Virus record (IMG/VR): IMGVR_UViG_2671180431_000011
Direction: 5' to 3' (one strand)
DNA from: a virus
Taxonomy: Duplodnaviria; Heunggongvirae; Uroviricota; Caudoviricetes
DNA: 26,193 bases
Made by a program: the position numbers and the translations under genes. A model generated the notes under the pieces. The model saw only the letters and a program-made list of their open reading frames with translations, was not told where the DNA came from and did not search any database. This document shows, in pieces, positions 1-8,945 of this stretch (the first letter of the stretch is position 1; each line of letters opens with the position of its first letter).

Positions 1-43
1 TCGCACCGAAAATGTCAGCCAGCTGCTTTTTGTTGACTTCCAT
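1..43 (-). CDS. Terminase small subunit (Nu1-like), first 14 codons only; gene continues left of window
   Basis: Reverse complement of 1-43 reads ATG GAA GTC AAC AAA AAG CAG CTG GCT GAC ATT TTC GGT GCG = MEVNKKQLADIFGA, which I recall as the N-terminus of lambda Nu1. Confidence 0.7.
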   Translation of the reverse strand, partial: MEVNKKQLADIFGA

Positions 44-220
44 TGTTCATTCCACGGACAAAAACAGAGAAAGGAAACGACAGAGGCCAAAAAGCCCGTT
101 TTCAGCACCTGTCGTTTCCTTTCTTTTCAGGGGGTATTTTAAATAAAAACATTAAGTTACAACGAAGAAGAACGGAAATGCCTTAAACCGGAAAATTTTC
201 ATAAATAGCGAAAACCCGCG

Positions 221-232
221 AGGTCGCCGCCC
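221..232. other. cosN cohesive-end sequence (lambda type) within a cos region spanning about 44-420
   Basis: AGGTCGCCGCCC at 221-232 is the reverse complement of the lambda 12-nt cohesive end GGGCGGCGACCT. Flanking sequence on both sides matches my recollection of the lambda cos region (cosB toward Nu1, cosQ on the other side). Confidence 0.65.
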
Positions 233-431
233 CGTAACCTGTCGGATCGCCGGAAAGGACCCGTAAAATGATAATAATTATCATCTACATGTCACAACGT
301 GCATCTACGCCATCAAACCACGTCAAATAATCAATTATGACGCAGGTATCGTATTAATTGATCTGCATCAACTTAACGTAAAAACAACTTCAGACAATAC
401 AAATCAGCGACACTGAATACAGGGCAACCTC

Positions 432-626
432 ATGTCAACGAAGAACAGAACCCGCAGAACAACAACCCGCAACATCCGCTTTCCTAACCAAATGATTGAA
501 CAAATTAACATCGCTCTTGAGCAAAAAGGGTCCGGGAATTTCTCAGCCTGGGTCATTGAAGCCTGCCGTCGGAGACTAACGTCAGAAAAGAGAGCATATA
601 CATCAATCAAAAGTGATGAAGAATAA
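432..626 (+). CDS. Small conserved prophage protein (possibly DUF3950, YlcI/YnfO-like), 64 aa
   Basis: ATG at 432, basic N-terminus (RTRRTTTR), protein-like composition. Family assignment is from memory only and is weak. Antisense to late transcription, as lambda bor is. Confidence 0.4.
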   Translation: MSTKNRTRRTTTRNIRFPNQMIEQINIALEQKGSGNFSAWVIEACRRRLTSEKRAYTSIKSDEE

Positions 627-920
627 ACATCCCGGTTTCTTCCACCATCGCACCGGAAAAGCGACTATGAGGGTAAACCTGCGTCCGTCATCGCAGTAAA
701 ACCCGGTGTGCATCGTTTTTGATTATTCCCGCACACTCACGCAGAAGGAATTCCCCGTCGGGCTACGGTCATGGTTAATGCGGGAATACGGCGACGATAC
801 AGCGCATGATGTGTCAGGCTTGAATACCTTTATCCGTTAAAAGGGATATCAGTTAAGTTATCCCGTGCAGGGTATAAGCCATTATCAAGCCCCCCGTAGA
901 TAGGCTTTGTAATGACATCT

Positions 921-1444
921 TCAATTAATCAGCAGTTCAGGCTGTGTCACCTGCAAGATGTATTCATGCTCGACAGCCAGGACACGCTTCTCTTTCTTCC
1001 GTTCGTTCATTAACCGACTGCCGATCGTACCTTTCAGCTTTGAGCGTGTTTCTTTGATGGCGTAGCGGTGCTGCATTTCTTCGCCAATTGCCATGCGGCG
1101 GCTCAGTTGCTCTGCCATCCAGTTGAATGCTGCGATATAGCTCTCCTTGATTGCCGCAGCAGCTTTCCCGGTGAACCCCATCACAACCATGATCCAGCCA
1201 TCTTTCGTCAGGCTGTACATCGGGCGAACCTTGCCCTGCTCATCGATATAATCAGCCGACGAAAATTGCGTTGGCTAAACTCACGCGAGCAATCAGCCTT
1301 AACCTGCTCGATTTTCCTGAGAACATCACCGTGTCGCTTGCCGAAGTACTTGGCAATTTTTCTGGATGTGGTAACGACCTCTCCGTTTTTGGCTTGCACC
1401 ATTTCTCGGAAGTCGAAGGCTGGAATAACTGAATGATTATTCAT
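921..1444 (-). pseudogene. Rha-family phage regulatory protein, apparently frameshifted
   Basis: ATG at 1444-1442 gives MNNHSVIPAFDFREMVQAKNGEVVTTSRKIAKYFGKRHGDVLRKIEQ (Rha N-terminus). The C-terminal part (MYSLTKDGWIMVVMGFTGKAAAAIKESYIAAFNWMAEQL) is in another frame (ORF 921-1220). Frame change is near 1208-1260. Confidence 0.55.
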
Positions 1445-1786
1445 AGCGTCTTTACCTTTTAGAAAGTGAGCCTGTCTCACAGAAAAGCCGCCCGAGAGAG
1501 GTCGCCACCTATAACGGCATTTCTCAGGCTCGCTTACTGAAAGGCTCTCGTTAATATGCGCGTGAGATGCGCTGTGAAATTCAGATATAAAAAGCCCCGC
1601 GAATGCGAGGCTAAATCCTGGTATTTGTAATGAACTGGCTCTTATCTCAACGCAGCCCCTTACTGCGCGCCAGATGCTCAATATCAAGCATCAGCAATGA
1701 GATGTTTAATCTGGATTTACTCCAGAAGTGATCACCACCCTGTCTACAGAGCCAGATGTGAAGGATGATGAGTAAAATTATCGCTA

Positions 1787-2254
1787 TCATCGAAGGCATT
1801 GCGTCCTGATGTATTCCTGAAGCGTTCTCAGTGCTGTCTGGTCTCTGATGATTCCGTCCCGGATACCGAGAACGTTTCGTCCAGCAACTGGAGAGAGTTC
1901 GACGGTGGCATCATTGCCCATGCCGGAGGCGCTGGAGGTTTCGGCTGAGGATGGCACAGAGCATTTTCCTTTGACGAGCACCCGACCACCATTATCAAGC
2001 TTGCGCCGAAGAGCATCATTTTCAGCTTTCGCATCAGCCAACTCCTTCGTGTATTTAGCATCGAGTACATCAGCAGCACGCTGGCGTTGCTGCATGTCAG
2101 TAATGGTGGCGGTCGCCTGCTTCAGCTCACTGACTTTTTTATCACGCTGTTCTTTGTAGGCGATGGCGTTATCACGGTAATGATTGACCGCCCACGACAG
2201 GCAGACGATGATGCAGATAACCAGAGCATAAATAATCGCGGCGACTCTGCTCAC
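1787..2254 (-). CDS. Rz i-spanin (lambda Rz-like)
   Basis: [33 protein letters not shown] closely matches my recollection of lambda Rz. Probable GTG start at 2254-2252 overlaps the endolysin TGA (GTGA). The track ORF extends to a TTG at 2269. Confidence 0.8.
   Translation of the reverse strand: MSRVAAIIYALVICIIVCLSWAVNHYRDNAIAYKEQRDKKVSELKQATATITDMQQRQRAADVLDAKYTKELADAKAENDALRRKLDNGGRVLVKGKCSVPSSAETSSASGMGNDATVELSPVAGRNVLGIRDGIIRDQTALRTLQEYIRTQCLR
1828..2034 (-). CDS. Rz1 o-spanin lipoprotein, embedded in Rz in the +1 frame
   Basis: [21 protein letters not shown]: signal peptide plus lipobox Cys, then a Pro-rich segment ([11 protein letters not shown]). ATG at 2034-2032. Fully nested inside Rz, as in lambda. 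Confidence 0.7.
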   Translation of the reverse strand: MRKLKMMLFGASLIMVVGCSSKENALCHPQPKPPAPPAWAMMPPSNSLQLLDETFSVSGTESSETRQH

Positions 2255-2784
2255 TGATCTATCCCCCAACAGGCTAATGCGCTTTCCTGGTCACGACGAA
2301 TAACCTGTCCATAGCAGTTATTTGAACGTATGCGGCAATCGCGCCCACCATCTTTTATCCACCAGCGAATCGCCTCGCATGCACCTTTACGATCACCAGC
2401 ATTCAGCCGCTTATAAAACGTCGACGGAAAACACTTACCGGGGCCAATGTTATAGGGACAAAATGACGCGATACCCGCTTTTTGTGGCTCGGTCAGTGGT
2501 ACTTTAATATTGCGCTCCACCCATGCCAGCGCCTTATCACGCTCAATGGCGTTGACCTGGTCGCATTTTTCCTTCGACAGTTTCATACCGGGAAAAACGG
2601 GTTTTCCATCCACCATCGTGGCACCCCGACAGATGGTCCAGATGCCGGACCCATCGCGGTATGCCGTTGTGTGGTTACCTTCTTTTTCATCCAGAAACTG
2701 GTCGAGAATATCAGGCGCGGGCGCACCGACGGCAATCAGTGCCAGAACGGCAGCCGACAGGCCGTATCTGATTTTTGCGTTCAT
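2251..2784 (-). CDS. SAR endolysin (phage lysozyme, T4/P21 type)
   Basis: Weakly hydrophobic Gly/Ala-rich N-terminal segment ([18 protein letters not shown]) typical of a signal-anchor-release domain, followed by a lysozyme catalytic region ([22 protein letters not shown]). Confidence 0.85.
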   Translation of the reverse strand: MNAKIRYGLSAAVLALIAVGAPAPDILDQFLDEKEGNHTTAYRDGSGIWTICRGATMVDGKPVFPGMKLSKEKCDQVNAIERDKALAWVERNIKVPLTEPQKAGIASFCPYNIGPGKCFPSTFYKRLNAGDRKGACEAIRWWIKDGGRDCRIRSNNCYGQVIRRDQESALACWGIDQ

Positions 2785-2847
2785 GGATATTTATCAGGAT
2801 TTATCGGTTTCTGCCCACGGACAGGTTTATCTGTTCCGGTCAGTGAC

Positions 2848-3198
2848 TTAAGGTTGTGATTCCGGAGGAGTCTTCAGAGAACCAGTAATTCTTCCTGGTA
2901 GCTTTCCTTTGTAGGTTATCCAAACATTCTGCGCATCTAAAATTACGGGGCGCTTTTCCGGCGACTGCTCATCCCCTTCACATAACCCGGCAGCAACATC
3001 CAGGAAGACCTGTCTGATGCTCCTTCTGGCTGCTGCCTCATAAACCTCCAGCGCGGCACCTTCAACACGGTCCAGCGAGATGTCCAGGTCAAAAATTTCA
3101 CCGTCAAAGCGTTTTTTGTCCCGTAACGCTAAAGTTACCGTAACTTTATTCTCAAAATTGCGGATCCCTTTCACAATCAGTTCATAGTTTTGAGTCAT
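2848..3198 (-). CDS. Hypothetical protein, 116 aa, inserted between holin and endolysin
   Basis: Long ORF in the same orientation as the lysis genes, lying in the gap between S and R. No family recognised. Confidence 0.4.
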   Translation of the reverse strand: MTQNYELIVKGIRNFENKVTVTLALRDKKRFDGEIFDLDISLDRVEGAALEVYEAAARRSIRQVFLDVAAGLCEGDEQSPEKRPVILDAQNVWITYKGKLPGRITGSLKTPPESQP

Positions 3199-3202
3199 TG
3201 AA

Positions 3203-3418
3203 TTACTCTCCCCGTGCAGCCTTACGCTTGTCTTCTTTAATCTTGAAATAAAGGTTTGTCAGATACGTCAGCAAGCCAAATACCAGACTACCCAGCACAC
3301 CTATTGCCGCCCACTGTGAGGGCGTGACTTTATCGAGCAACTGTAAAAACCAGTACCCGGCACTACCTGCTGAGGTGCCATAGGCGACACCCGTTGTTAA
3401 CTTATCCATGGATTTCAT
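3203..3418 (-). CDS. Class II pinholin (phage 21 S21-like) with dual-start motif
   Basis: [71 protein letters not shown], 71 aa, two transmembrane domains, Met1-Lys2-Ser3-Met4 dual start. ATG at 3418 preceded by GAGGTGGGG. The track ORF extends upstream to 3481. Confidence 0.85.
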
Positions 3419-3485
3419 AACCCCACCTCGCAGATGCGGGTGCTGTGTAATGGAAATAAAAAGGCCACCTGACGTGGCCACCAGA

Positions 3486-4538
3486 TTATTTCCCCACCAG
3501 CTCGTTTATCTCTTTCACTGTCTGATTAAACCGCTCTGACTCAAGCTCAACACCTAAGGCCCGACGCCCCAGCGCCATTGCTGCTTTTATTGTGGAACCG
3601 GATCCCATAAAAAAATCAGCAACCAGATCACCTGGTCGACTACTGGCATTGATTATTTGCCTGAGCATATCCGCCGGTTTCTCACACGGATGTTTCCCCG
3701 GGTAGAACTGAACGGGTTTATGCATCCAGACATCGGTATAAGGCACGGAGACTGATACGGAGAAATAGCGCCGGAGAGATTTAAACTCATCCAGCAATTC
3801 AGAATATTTACGATTCAGTGAATCATAAGATGCCACCAGCTGGTGGTGTGGTTGTTCCAGTTGTTGTTCCTGAAACTTCTCTGCCGCTATACGGGAAAAC
3901 AGTGCCTGTAACTTCCGATAGTCAGCCTCATTCGGCAACTGCCACTGACTGGCACCAAACCAGTGGGAAACCATATTTTTCTTACCTGTGGCTTCGGCAA
4001 TTTGTTTTGCCGTTATACCCAGTTCGGCACGAGCATCCCTGAAATACGATATCAGCGGTGCCATTATGTGCTGTTTGAGTTCCCTTTCTTTTGCTGCATA
4101 GCCGTCACTTTTGCCGCGATATGGCCCCTGGTAATGTTCAGCAAACAGAACGCGCTCTGTGGCAGGAAAATATGCGCGCAGACTTTCTTTATTACACCCA
4201 TTCCAACGTCCGGACGGCTTCGCCCAGATGATATGGTTAAGCACGTTGAAACGTTCACGCATCATGATCTCAATATCAGATGCCAGGCGATGCCCACAGA
4301 ACAGGTAAAGGCTTCCGGCAGGTTTTAACACCCGCCAGAACTGGGCCAGACAGTGGTCCAGCCACTTAAGGTAATCTTCGTCCCCTTTCCACTGATTGTC
4401 CCAGCCGTTGGGTTTCACCTTGAAGTACGGCGGATCGGTAACAATCAGGTCAATGGAATCATCAGGCAGGGACTGAATAAAATGCAGGCAATCAGCGTTG
4501 ATTAAATCAACACTGTTTATTTTTACAGTATTTTTCAT
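3486..4538 (-). CDS. Orphan DNA methyltransferase (N6-adenine or N4-cytosine, DPPY class)
   Basis: DPPY motif near the N-terminus (LIVTDPPYF) and an AdoMet-binding motif near the C-terminus (DFFMGSGST). This order suggests a beta-class amino-methyltransferase. No adjacent restriction gene. Confidence 0.8.
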
Positions 4539-4688
4539 GGATCAGTAAGCGTAACTCTGGTAGGCTCACTCTGCTTTTGCGCTAAAGCAGTGGGCCGTGG
4601 TTCGCTTGTGACCAGTAAGCATGAGCGAATGGCTGGCAGGTGCTACCAACACCCACCAGCCGCCCATTTTCACAGCAGGAAACCGCCA

Positions 4689-4916
4689 TTACTGGCAGCG
4701 TCTGAATTTATTCCCGTACCCGCCGTTATCCTTCGCCAGCCCCGCCAGAACTAACTGAGTCAGTATTAACTGGCACCGGGCTTCGCTTACTCCGGTAGTT
4801 CTCGTCATCATGCGTGGCGTTACCCACTTGTCAGCAGGTAAGAAATGAAGGACTGCGGCGGCGGTTTCTGTCATATCTTGCTGTTTTAGCATGTCTTTTT
4901 CCCTTCTGGTTAACAT
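4689..4916 (-). CDS. Hypothetical small protein, 75 aa
   Basis: ORF in late-operon orientation between tR' and the methyltransferase. No family recognised. Confidence 0.3.
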   Translation of the reverse strand: MLTRREKDMLKQQDMTETAAAVLHFLPADKWVTPRMMTRTTGVSEARCQLILTQLVLAGLAKDNGGYGNKFRRCQ

Positions 4917-5012
4917 GACATACCAATAACTCTTGTCTAAAAAGCCAGCAAGATAAAAAGTCAGTATTCACGACCACCAGCGTGTTTACTGTATTGCACC
5001 AAGTTTACAGGT

Positions 5013-5040
5013 ACAAAAAAACCCGCTCAGTGGCGGGTTC
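5013..5040 (-). terminator. Intrinsic terminator downstream of Q (tR'-like, end of a short late leader RNA)
   Basis: On the minus strand, AACCCGCCACTGAGCGGGTT forms a hairpin followed by TTTTTTT (plus-strand 5014-5020 is an A-run). It lies about 105 nt downstream of the Q stop, the expected position for PR'-qut-tR'. Confidence 0.55.
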
Positions 5041-5145
5041 TTAAATCTTATCAACGGTAGACATACAAAGCCCATCGTTGTGAAAATCTTATCCATATTT
5101 TTTGAAAAACGCAAGCATCATGTCGTCATCTTCGGCGAAAACCAT

Positions 5146-5898
5146 TTATCTTGTCACCTTTCTCAATTGTATCTCTGCATATGCTTCTTCCTGCCAGCAC
5201 TTTGTAACCAGTTTATCAATGACATCTGCATATCCTTTGTACCACTGATAATCCGTCAGGTCTGGTACCAGCTTCTGGACATGAAGCCGCGCCAGTGTGG
5301 TTGGTAAACGGCTAAACCGGTTTCCATTGCAACGCCCACAAACCTTATAAACAGGCGTGCCATGAAGCCGGGTTCTTTTTTCATCCAGGACAATACCTTT
5401 ACCCTTACACCCTCTGCACGCTGTGCTGACTTCTCCCTTACCATGACAATGCTGACACAGTTCCTTCACCCACTCTTCCTTGATAACAGATTCCCCGCTT
5501 CTGGAGTGTTTCACCACTTCGCGCAATACATTATGAAATCCAGTACCAGCACAATGCTCACAGCGAGCCTTACTTGCCGCAGACCTGGAATAATCAGCAA
5601 AGGCAAAATTCACAAGGTAAGGGATGATCTGTAACCGGGTTTCTTCACTCAATTTGTTCAATGTCGGGTTATCCAGTGCCATCGCGTAATTGAGCAGACC
5701 TTCAATCGCAAACTGAGGATCCTGAACACCAACTTTTGCCAGGAATAAGGCAAACCCAAGCGGTGCTTTCGACTGCACCATCCCCTGCGCAGCCATTACA
5801 TCCGTAATTGTTAAACCACCCGAGCCTGTCGCCGGTGCGTCATCGCTCAATTTTGGAGATTTTGGGGAGTAATATTTCGGTAAGGCTTCAAGGTTCAT
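5146..5898 (-). CDS. Late-gene antiterminator Q (250-aa QuuQ-like family)
   Basis: 250 aa with multiple Cys/His clusters (CEHCAGTG, CQHCHGKGE, CRGCKGKG, CGRCNGN). Positioned immediately upstream of the terminator and lysis genes. Confidence 0.75.
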   Translation of the reverse strand: MNLEALPKYYSPKSPKLSDDAPATGSGGLTITDVMAAQGMVQSKAPLGFALFLAKVGVQDPQFAIEGLLNYAMALDNPTLNKLSEETRLQIIPYLVNFAFADYSRSAASKARCEHCAGTGFHNVLREVVKHSRSGESVIKEEWVKELCQHCHGKGEVSTACRGCKGKGIVLDEKRTRLHGTPVYKVCGRCNGNRFSRLPTTLARLHVQKLVPDLTDYQWYKGYADVIDKLVTKCWQEEAYAEIQLRKVTR

Positions 5899-5911
5899 GC
5901 TCGTTCTCCAC

Positions 5912-6907
5912 TTACGCCAGTACGCCTATTGCCAGCGCACGATCGATAAAACGAAATATCAGCTCCAGCTGGGAGCCATACTTCTCTTCAAATGCCACGG
6001 TATCCGCATGCAGCTCGTCGTGATGCTTTCTGCACAAAGGCAACACAAAGAGGTCATGCGCTTTTGTACCCATTCCCCCCTGACCGTGGCCTATCAGGTG
6101 GTGGGGATCATCAGCAGGCTTTCCACAACATGCACACGGCTGTGTCTTAACCCAGCGCGTGTACTTTTCATTAACCCAGCGGCGACGTTTTGGGCGTAAC
6201 ATAAAAGACTCCGGCGACTCCGGATCCACTTTCAGCGCCAGCACCTTTTTCGCCTTATCCTGGATGATGCTGGTGGCAGGAACCGAAGGCACAAGGTCAC
6301 TTTCCCGGGTGACAGACGGCACAACAGGCTTCGGTAATCTCAGTGCCTTACGGGCTGCACTTTCCGGTAAGGCATCCGCCAGGTCATTACGAATCAGCCA
6401 CCAGCACAGTTCCGGCATTGTCACAACGTGACTGTCATCAAAACCGAGATCCCGACGCACAACAGACAACACCCAGCGGGCACAGTTATCCGTTGCCATT
6501 GATTCCAGCCGTTCCGTGAACTGATCGCGCAGCTGGTTATCGCAGTGCCAGCACAGACGGATTGCGCCCGGCGCGTGTCGCATTGTTGTCATGTTCTCGC
6601 TGTGCCAGTCGGAATGAGGCCACTGGCAGCCTTTTTCACGAAGTAACCAGCTTTCAAGACATTCCACGCCACCAGCACGACGGATCACTGCCTCATTGCG
6701 GAACACGGCCCGAACGACAGGATCATCCGCCAGCGGTTGTGATGCCGCCGGAACGGCACCACTGGCAAAAGATGAATAACGTTCCGGCTCAGGCTCCAGC
6801 AGGACACGCCCCTGCATAAACAGGGGCATCAGCTCTGAACCAGGTCTGAACAATACGATCCCCATACGCGGGGCAATTTCAGGGGTCAGTAGTGCTCTCA
6901 CGGTCAC
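5912..6907 (-). CDS. DUF968-like nin-region protein with a C-terminal HNH-like Cys/His motif
   Basis: 331 aa. C-terminus CACCGKPADDPHHLIGHG...CRKHHDELH. Position between KilA-N and Q is typical for DUF968 proteins of lambdoid prophages (from memory). Confidence 0.55.
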   Translation of the reverse strand: MTVRALLTPEIAPRMGIVLFRPGSELMPLFMQGRVLLEPEPERYSSFASGAVPAASQPLADDPVVRAVFRNEAVIRRAGGVECLESWLLREKGCQWPHSDWHSENMTTMRHAPGAIRLCWHCDNQLRDQFTERLESMATDNCARWVLSVVRRDLGFDDSHVVTMPELCWWLIRNDLADALPESAARKALRLPKPVVPSVTRESDLVPSVPATSIIQDKAKKVLALKVDPESPESFMLRPKRRRWVNEKYTRWVKTQPCACCGKPADDPHHLIGHGQGGMGTKAHDLFVLPLCRKHHDELHADTVAFEEKYGSQLELIFRFIDRALAIGVLA

Positions 6908-6908
6908 C

Positions 6909-7751
6909 TCAATGTACGGTATCGAGCAGCTTTAACAGCTCAGGGAATCGGGATTCGAAGAAATGCGGCTGCGTCTCGCGCGGATTTGCGGGACTGGTGA
7001 TGTTCTTGCCGAACATGCAGCCTTTCGCTGTCAGTGACCAGAATTTTTTGATGTTGTTAATCGCGGTACGGCTGTATCGTTCGCGCTGCTCGACGATCCC
7101 CAGCTTCACCATCTGGTGATATGCCTGATTAGCTGTCAGGCGGATACCATACTGCTTCAGCAATGCACTCAGTGACAGCGTGGGGCGGCTTGAGCCATCA
7201 GGCGCGTCAGCAGGAGCATCAATGGCATAGCGCGGTGCCAGATTCGGTAAGCCAACAGCCTCCTGGAGTTTCTGACAGGCCCCAAGCACTGAAGAGTTAG
7301 ACAGGTTTAACTCCCTGCGCATAAAGTCCAGCAGAATCACTCCAGCCTGCATCTTGTCAGCAGCCTGCCCGGATAATTTTTCCGGTGCGCTGGTTACCAT
7401 ATCGAAAGTACGGATCACCTTCAGATGGAATGACGGGCTGATCCACATTGCATAGGCATACACCAGTTCCTTGCAGACATAAGTTCCCCGTTCATTTCCC
7501 CCATGAATCACACTCACCGGGTCAACACCCAAATTCTGGGTGTTGGTCAATTCATGAACAAGTTCAACAGTTTGTTGGCTGGAAAGAAACTTTCCTGGCT
7601 CCTTGGTTCTGGCATTTGCACCAGATGCTACTGCTGCGCGATGCAGATCGTTCAGGCTGTAACGCCCATAAGCATCACGACGAACTTCAATACCATCAAT
7701 GACCATCAGATTATTCATACTTCGTTTCTCCTTTTGCTCAGGCGGCTGCAC
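6909..7751 (-). CDS. KilA-N domain protein (antirepressor-like)
   Basis: N-terminal region MVIDGIEVRRDAYGRYSLNDLHRAA resembles the KilA-N DNA-binding domain. The true start may be the internal Met (MNNLMVIDG). Confidence 0.5.
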   Translation of the reverse strand: MQPPEQKEKRSMNNLMVIDGIEVRRDAYGRYSLNDLHRAAVASGANARTKEPGKFLSSQQTVELVHELTNTQNLGVDPVSVIHGGNERGTYVCKELVYAYAMWISPSFHLKVIRTFDMVTSAPEKLSGQAADKMQAGVILLDFMRRELNLSNSSVLGACQKLQEAVGLPNLAPRYAIDAPADAPDGSSRPTLSLSALLKQYGIRLTANQAYHQMVKLGIVEQRERYSRTAINNIKKFWSLTAKGCMFGKNITSPANPRETQPHFFESRFPELLKLLDTVH

Positions 7752-8128
7752 CCGCCGTTTTCTCGTACTTACTGATAGTGATCTCGACCTTCCCTTCCGG
7801 GATAACCGGTCCCCACTCCACCAGCATTCTTTTCACCTGACTGTCGTCTTCCCACACACCCGCGTGGGTCAGGGCGTCAAACAGCGCCTTGTTATAGTTG
7901 TCCAGATCGCGGCTCCGGTTATCCGGAAGGAAACAACACGATCTCCACTGAAGCAGGTGCCGACGTTGGTTTTGGCAGACGACGTAACTGCTCAACTATT
8001 GCTGCGCACGCCGCGCTCTGGAATTTTCGCCCCGCCGCGCTTATCAGGCTCTTACCAGCAAACGCCCCTTTGTTGGGGTGTCGCCAGTACGTGTTCACGC
8101 TGGGCGGGAAAGGCAGGATCAGCTTCAT
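7738..8128 (-). pseudogene. rusA: RusA Holliday-junction resolvase, frameshifted
   Basis: N-terminal part MKLILPFPPSVNTYWRH (7919-8128) and C-terminal part RDLDNYNKALFDALTHAGVWEDDSQV (7738-7995) are in different frames. Together they resemble the 120-aa RusA. Confidence 0.6.
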
Positions 8129-8451
8129 ACTTTCAGGCCTCTCTCATGTAACCAGTGAGTTGCACGCAGCCTTGCGTTTTCCTCACCGGCAAGCAGTGAG
8201 CGGATAATCCCGACCGCCTCGCTGTCGTCGTCCTTCACCGCGGTATGAAGCGTGATCCCCCGGGCCACACCACGCTTTATCGTGATGACGCCTTTTTTCT
8301 CCAGTGCGCGAAGATGCTCCACCGCTGCATTCACTGAACGGTATCCCAGCATGGTTGCCACCTCCTGATTGGTTGGCGGAAAGCCACGTTCTTGCTGGTA
8401 AGAAATCAGCATATCCAGCACCTGCTGCTGACACTGAGTTAACGTCGTCAT
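8125..8451 (-). CDS. Winged-helix DNA-binding protein (LexA N-terminal-domain-like)
   Basis: MTTLTQCQQQVLDMLISYQQERGFPPTNQEVATMLGYRSVNAAVEHLRALEKKGVI resembles the LexA DNA-binding domain. ATG at 8451 overlaps the upstream TAA by one nucleotide (TAATG). Confidence 0.5.
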   Translation of the reverse strand: MTTLTQCQQQVLDMLISYQQERGFPPTNQEVATMLGYRSVNAAVEHLRALEKKGVITIKRGVARGITLHTAVKDDDSEAVGIIRSLLAGEENARLRATHWLHERGLKV

Positions 8452-8945
8452 TAAGCCCCCACGTAATTCCCTGACAGATACCATTCATCACCCGATACAG
8501 CGCGCTTGCTGCTTTTCCGTAAGCACCGCTCTCGACGCGCCAGAAAGTTGTTTCGTTCTGGCTGGGAGTGACTTTCACGGAATGCCGCCATCCACACCGT
8601 TGCAGCACGACGGTATAAGCCCCTGGACTCCAGCTCTTCAGCCTGGCGGGTCAGGCACAAAATCACCCGGGGATCGTTAGTGCCGACATAGAAATTGCGC
8701 ACAGGTCTGGTTTCACGAACAGGTTGTGGTTCCGGCTCCTGCGCTCTCTCAGTCAGGCGCGGGAAATGTCTGCGTGTATCTCCTTCACAACGGTGAGCCA
8801 CACGCCCACTCTGACGTAACTTGCTTGCTGACTGCAGAACGCGCTGCCGTGAGTAACCTGCAAAAGCATCCGCAATGTCTCCGGAAGTACAGCCCGGATG
8901 GGCTTCAATGAATTTCTGAACGTCATTCAAAAGACTCATGATCAC
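8451..8945 (-). CDS. Hypothetical regulatory protein; C-terminal region possibly PerC-like
   Basis: 164-aa ORF. The segment GLYRRAATVWMAAF...ERNNFLARRERCL recalls PerC-type regulators (from memory, weak). Confidence 0.35.
   Translation of the reverse strand: MIMSLLNDVQKFIEAHPGCTSGDIADAFAGYSRQRVLQSASKLRQSGRVAHRCEGDTRRHFPRLTERAQEPEPQPVRETRPVRNFYVGTNDPRVILCLTRQAEELESRGLYRRAATVWMAAFRESHSQPERNNFLARRERCLRKSSKRAVSGDEWYLSGNYVGA

Noticed and set aside
404-610. 68-aa minus-strand ORF overlapping the 432-626 plus-strand gene
   Set aside because: It mirrors the plus-strand ORF, which has the more protein-like translation and a clean ATG.
1445-1687. Upstream extension of the Rha ORF (MILSIWRAV...)
   Set aside because: It is read-through of the ORF finder before the real ATG at 1444, with no start context and an unusual composition.
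1848-4328. Several plus-strand ORFs antisense to Rz, endolysin and the methyltransferase
   Set aside because: They are antisense shadows of confidently assigned minus-strand genes.
8183-8608. 141-aa ORF overlapping the wHTH gene and the 164-aa gene in a third frame
   Set aside because: It is a Gly/Arg-rich alternative-frame translation of two better-supported genes.
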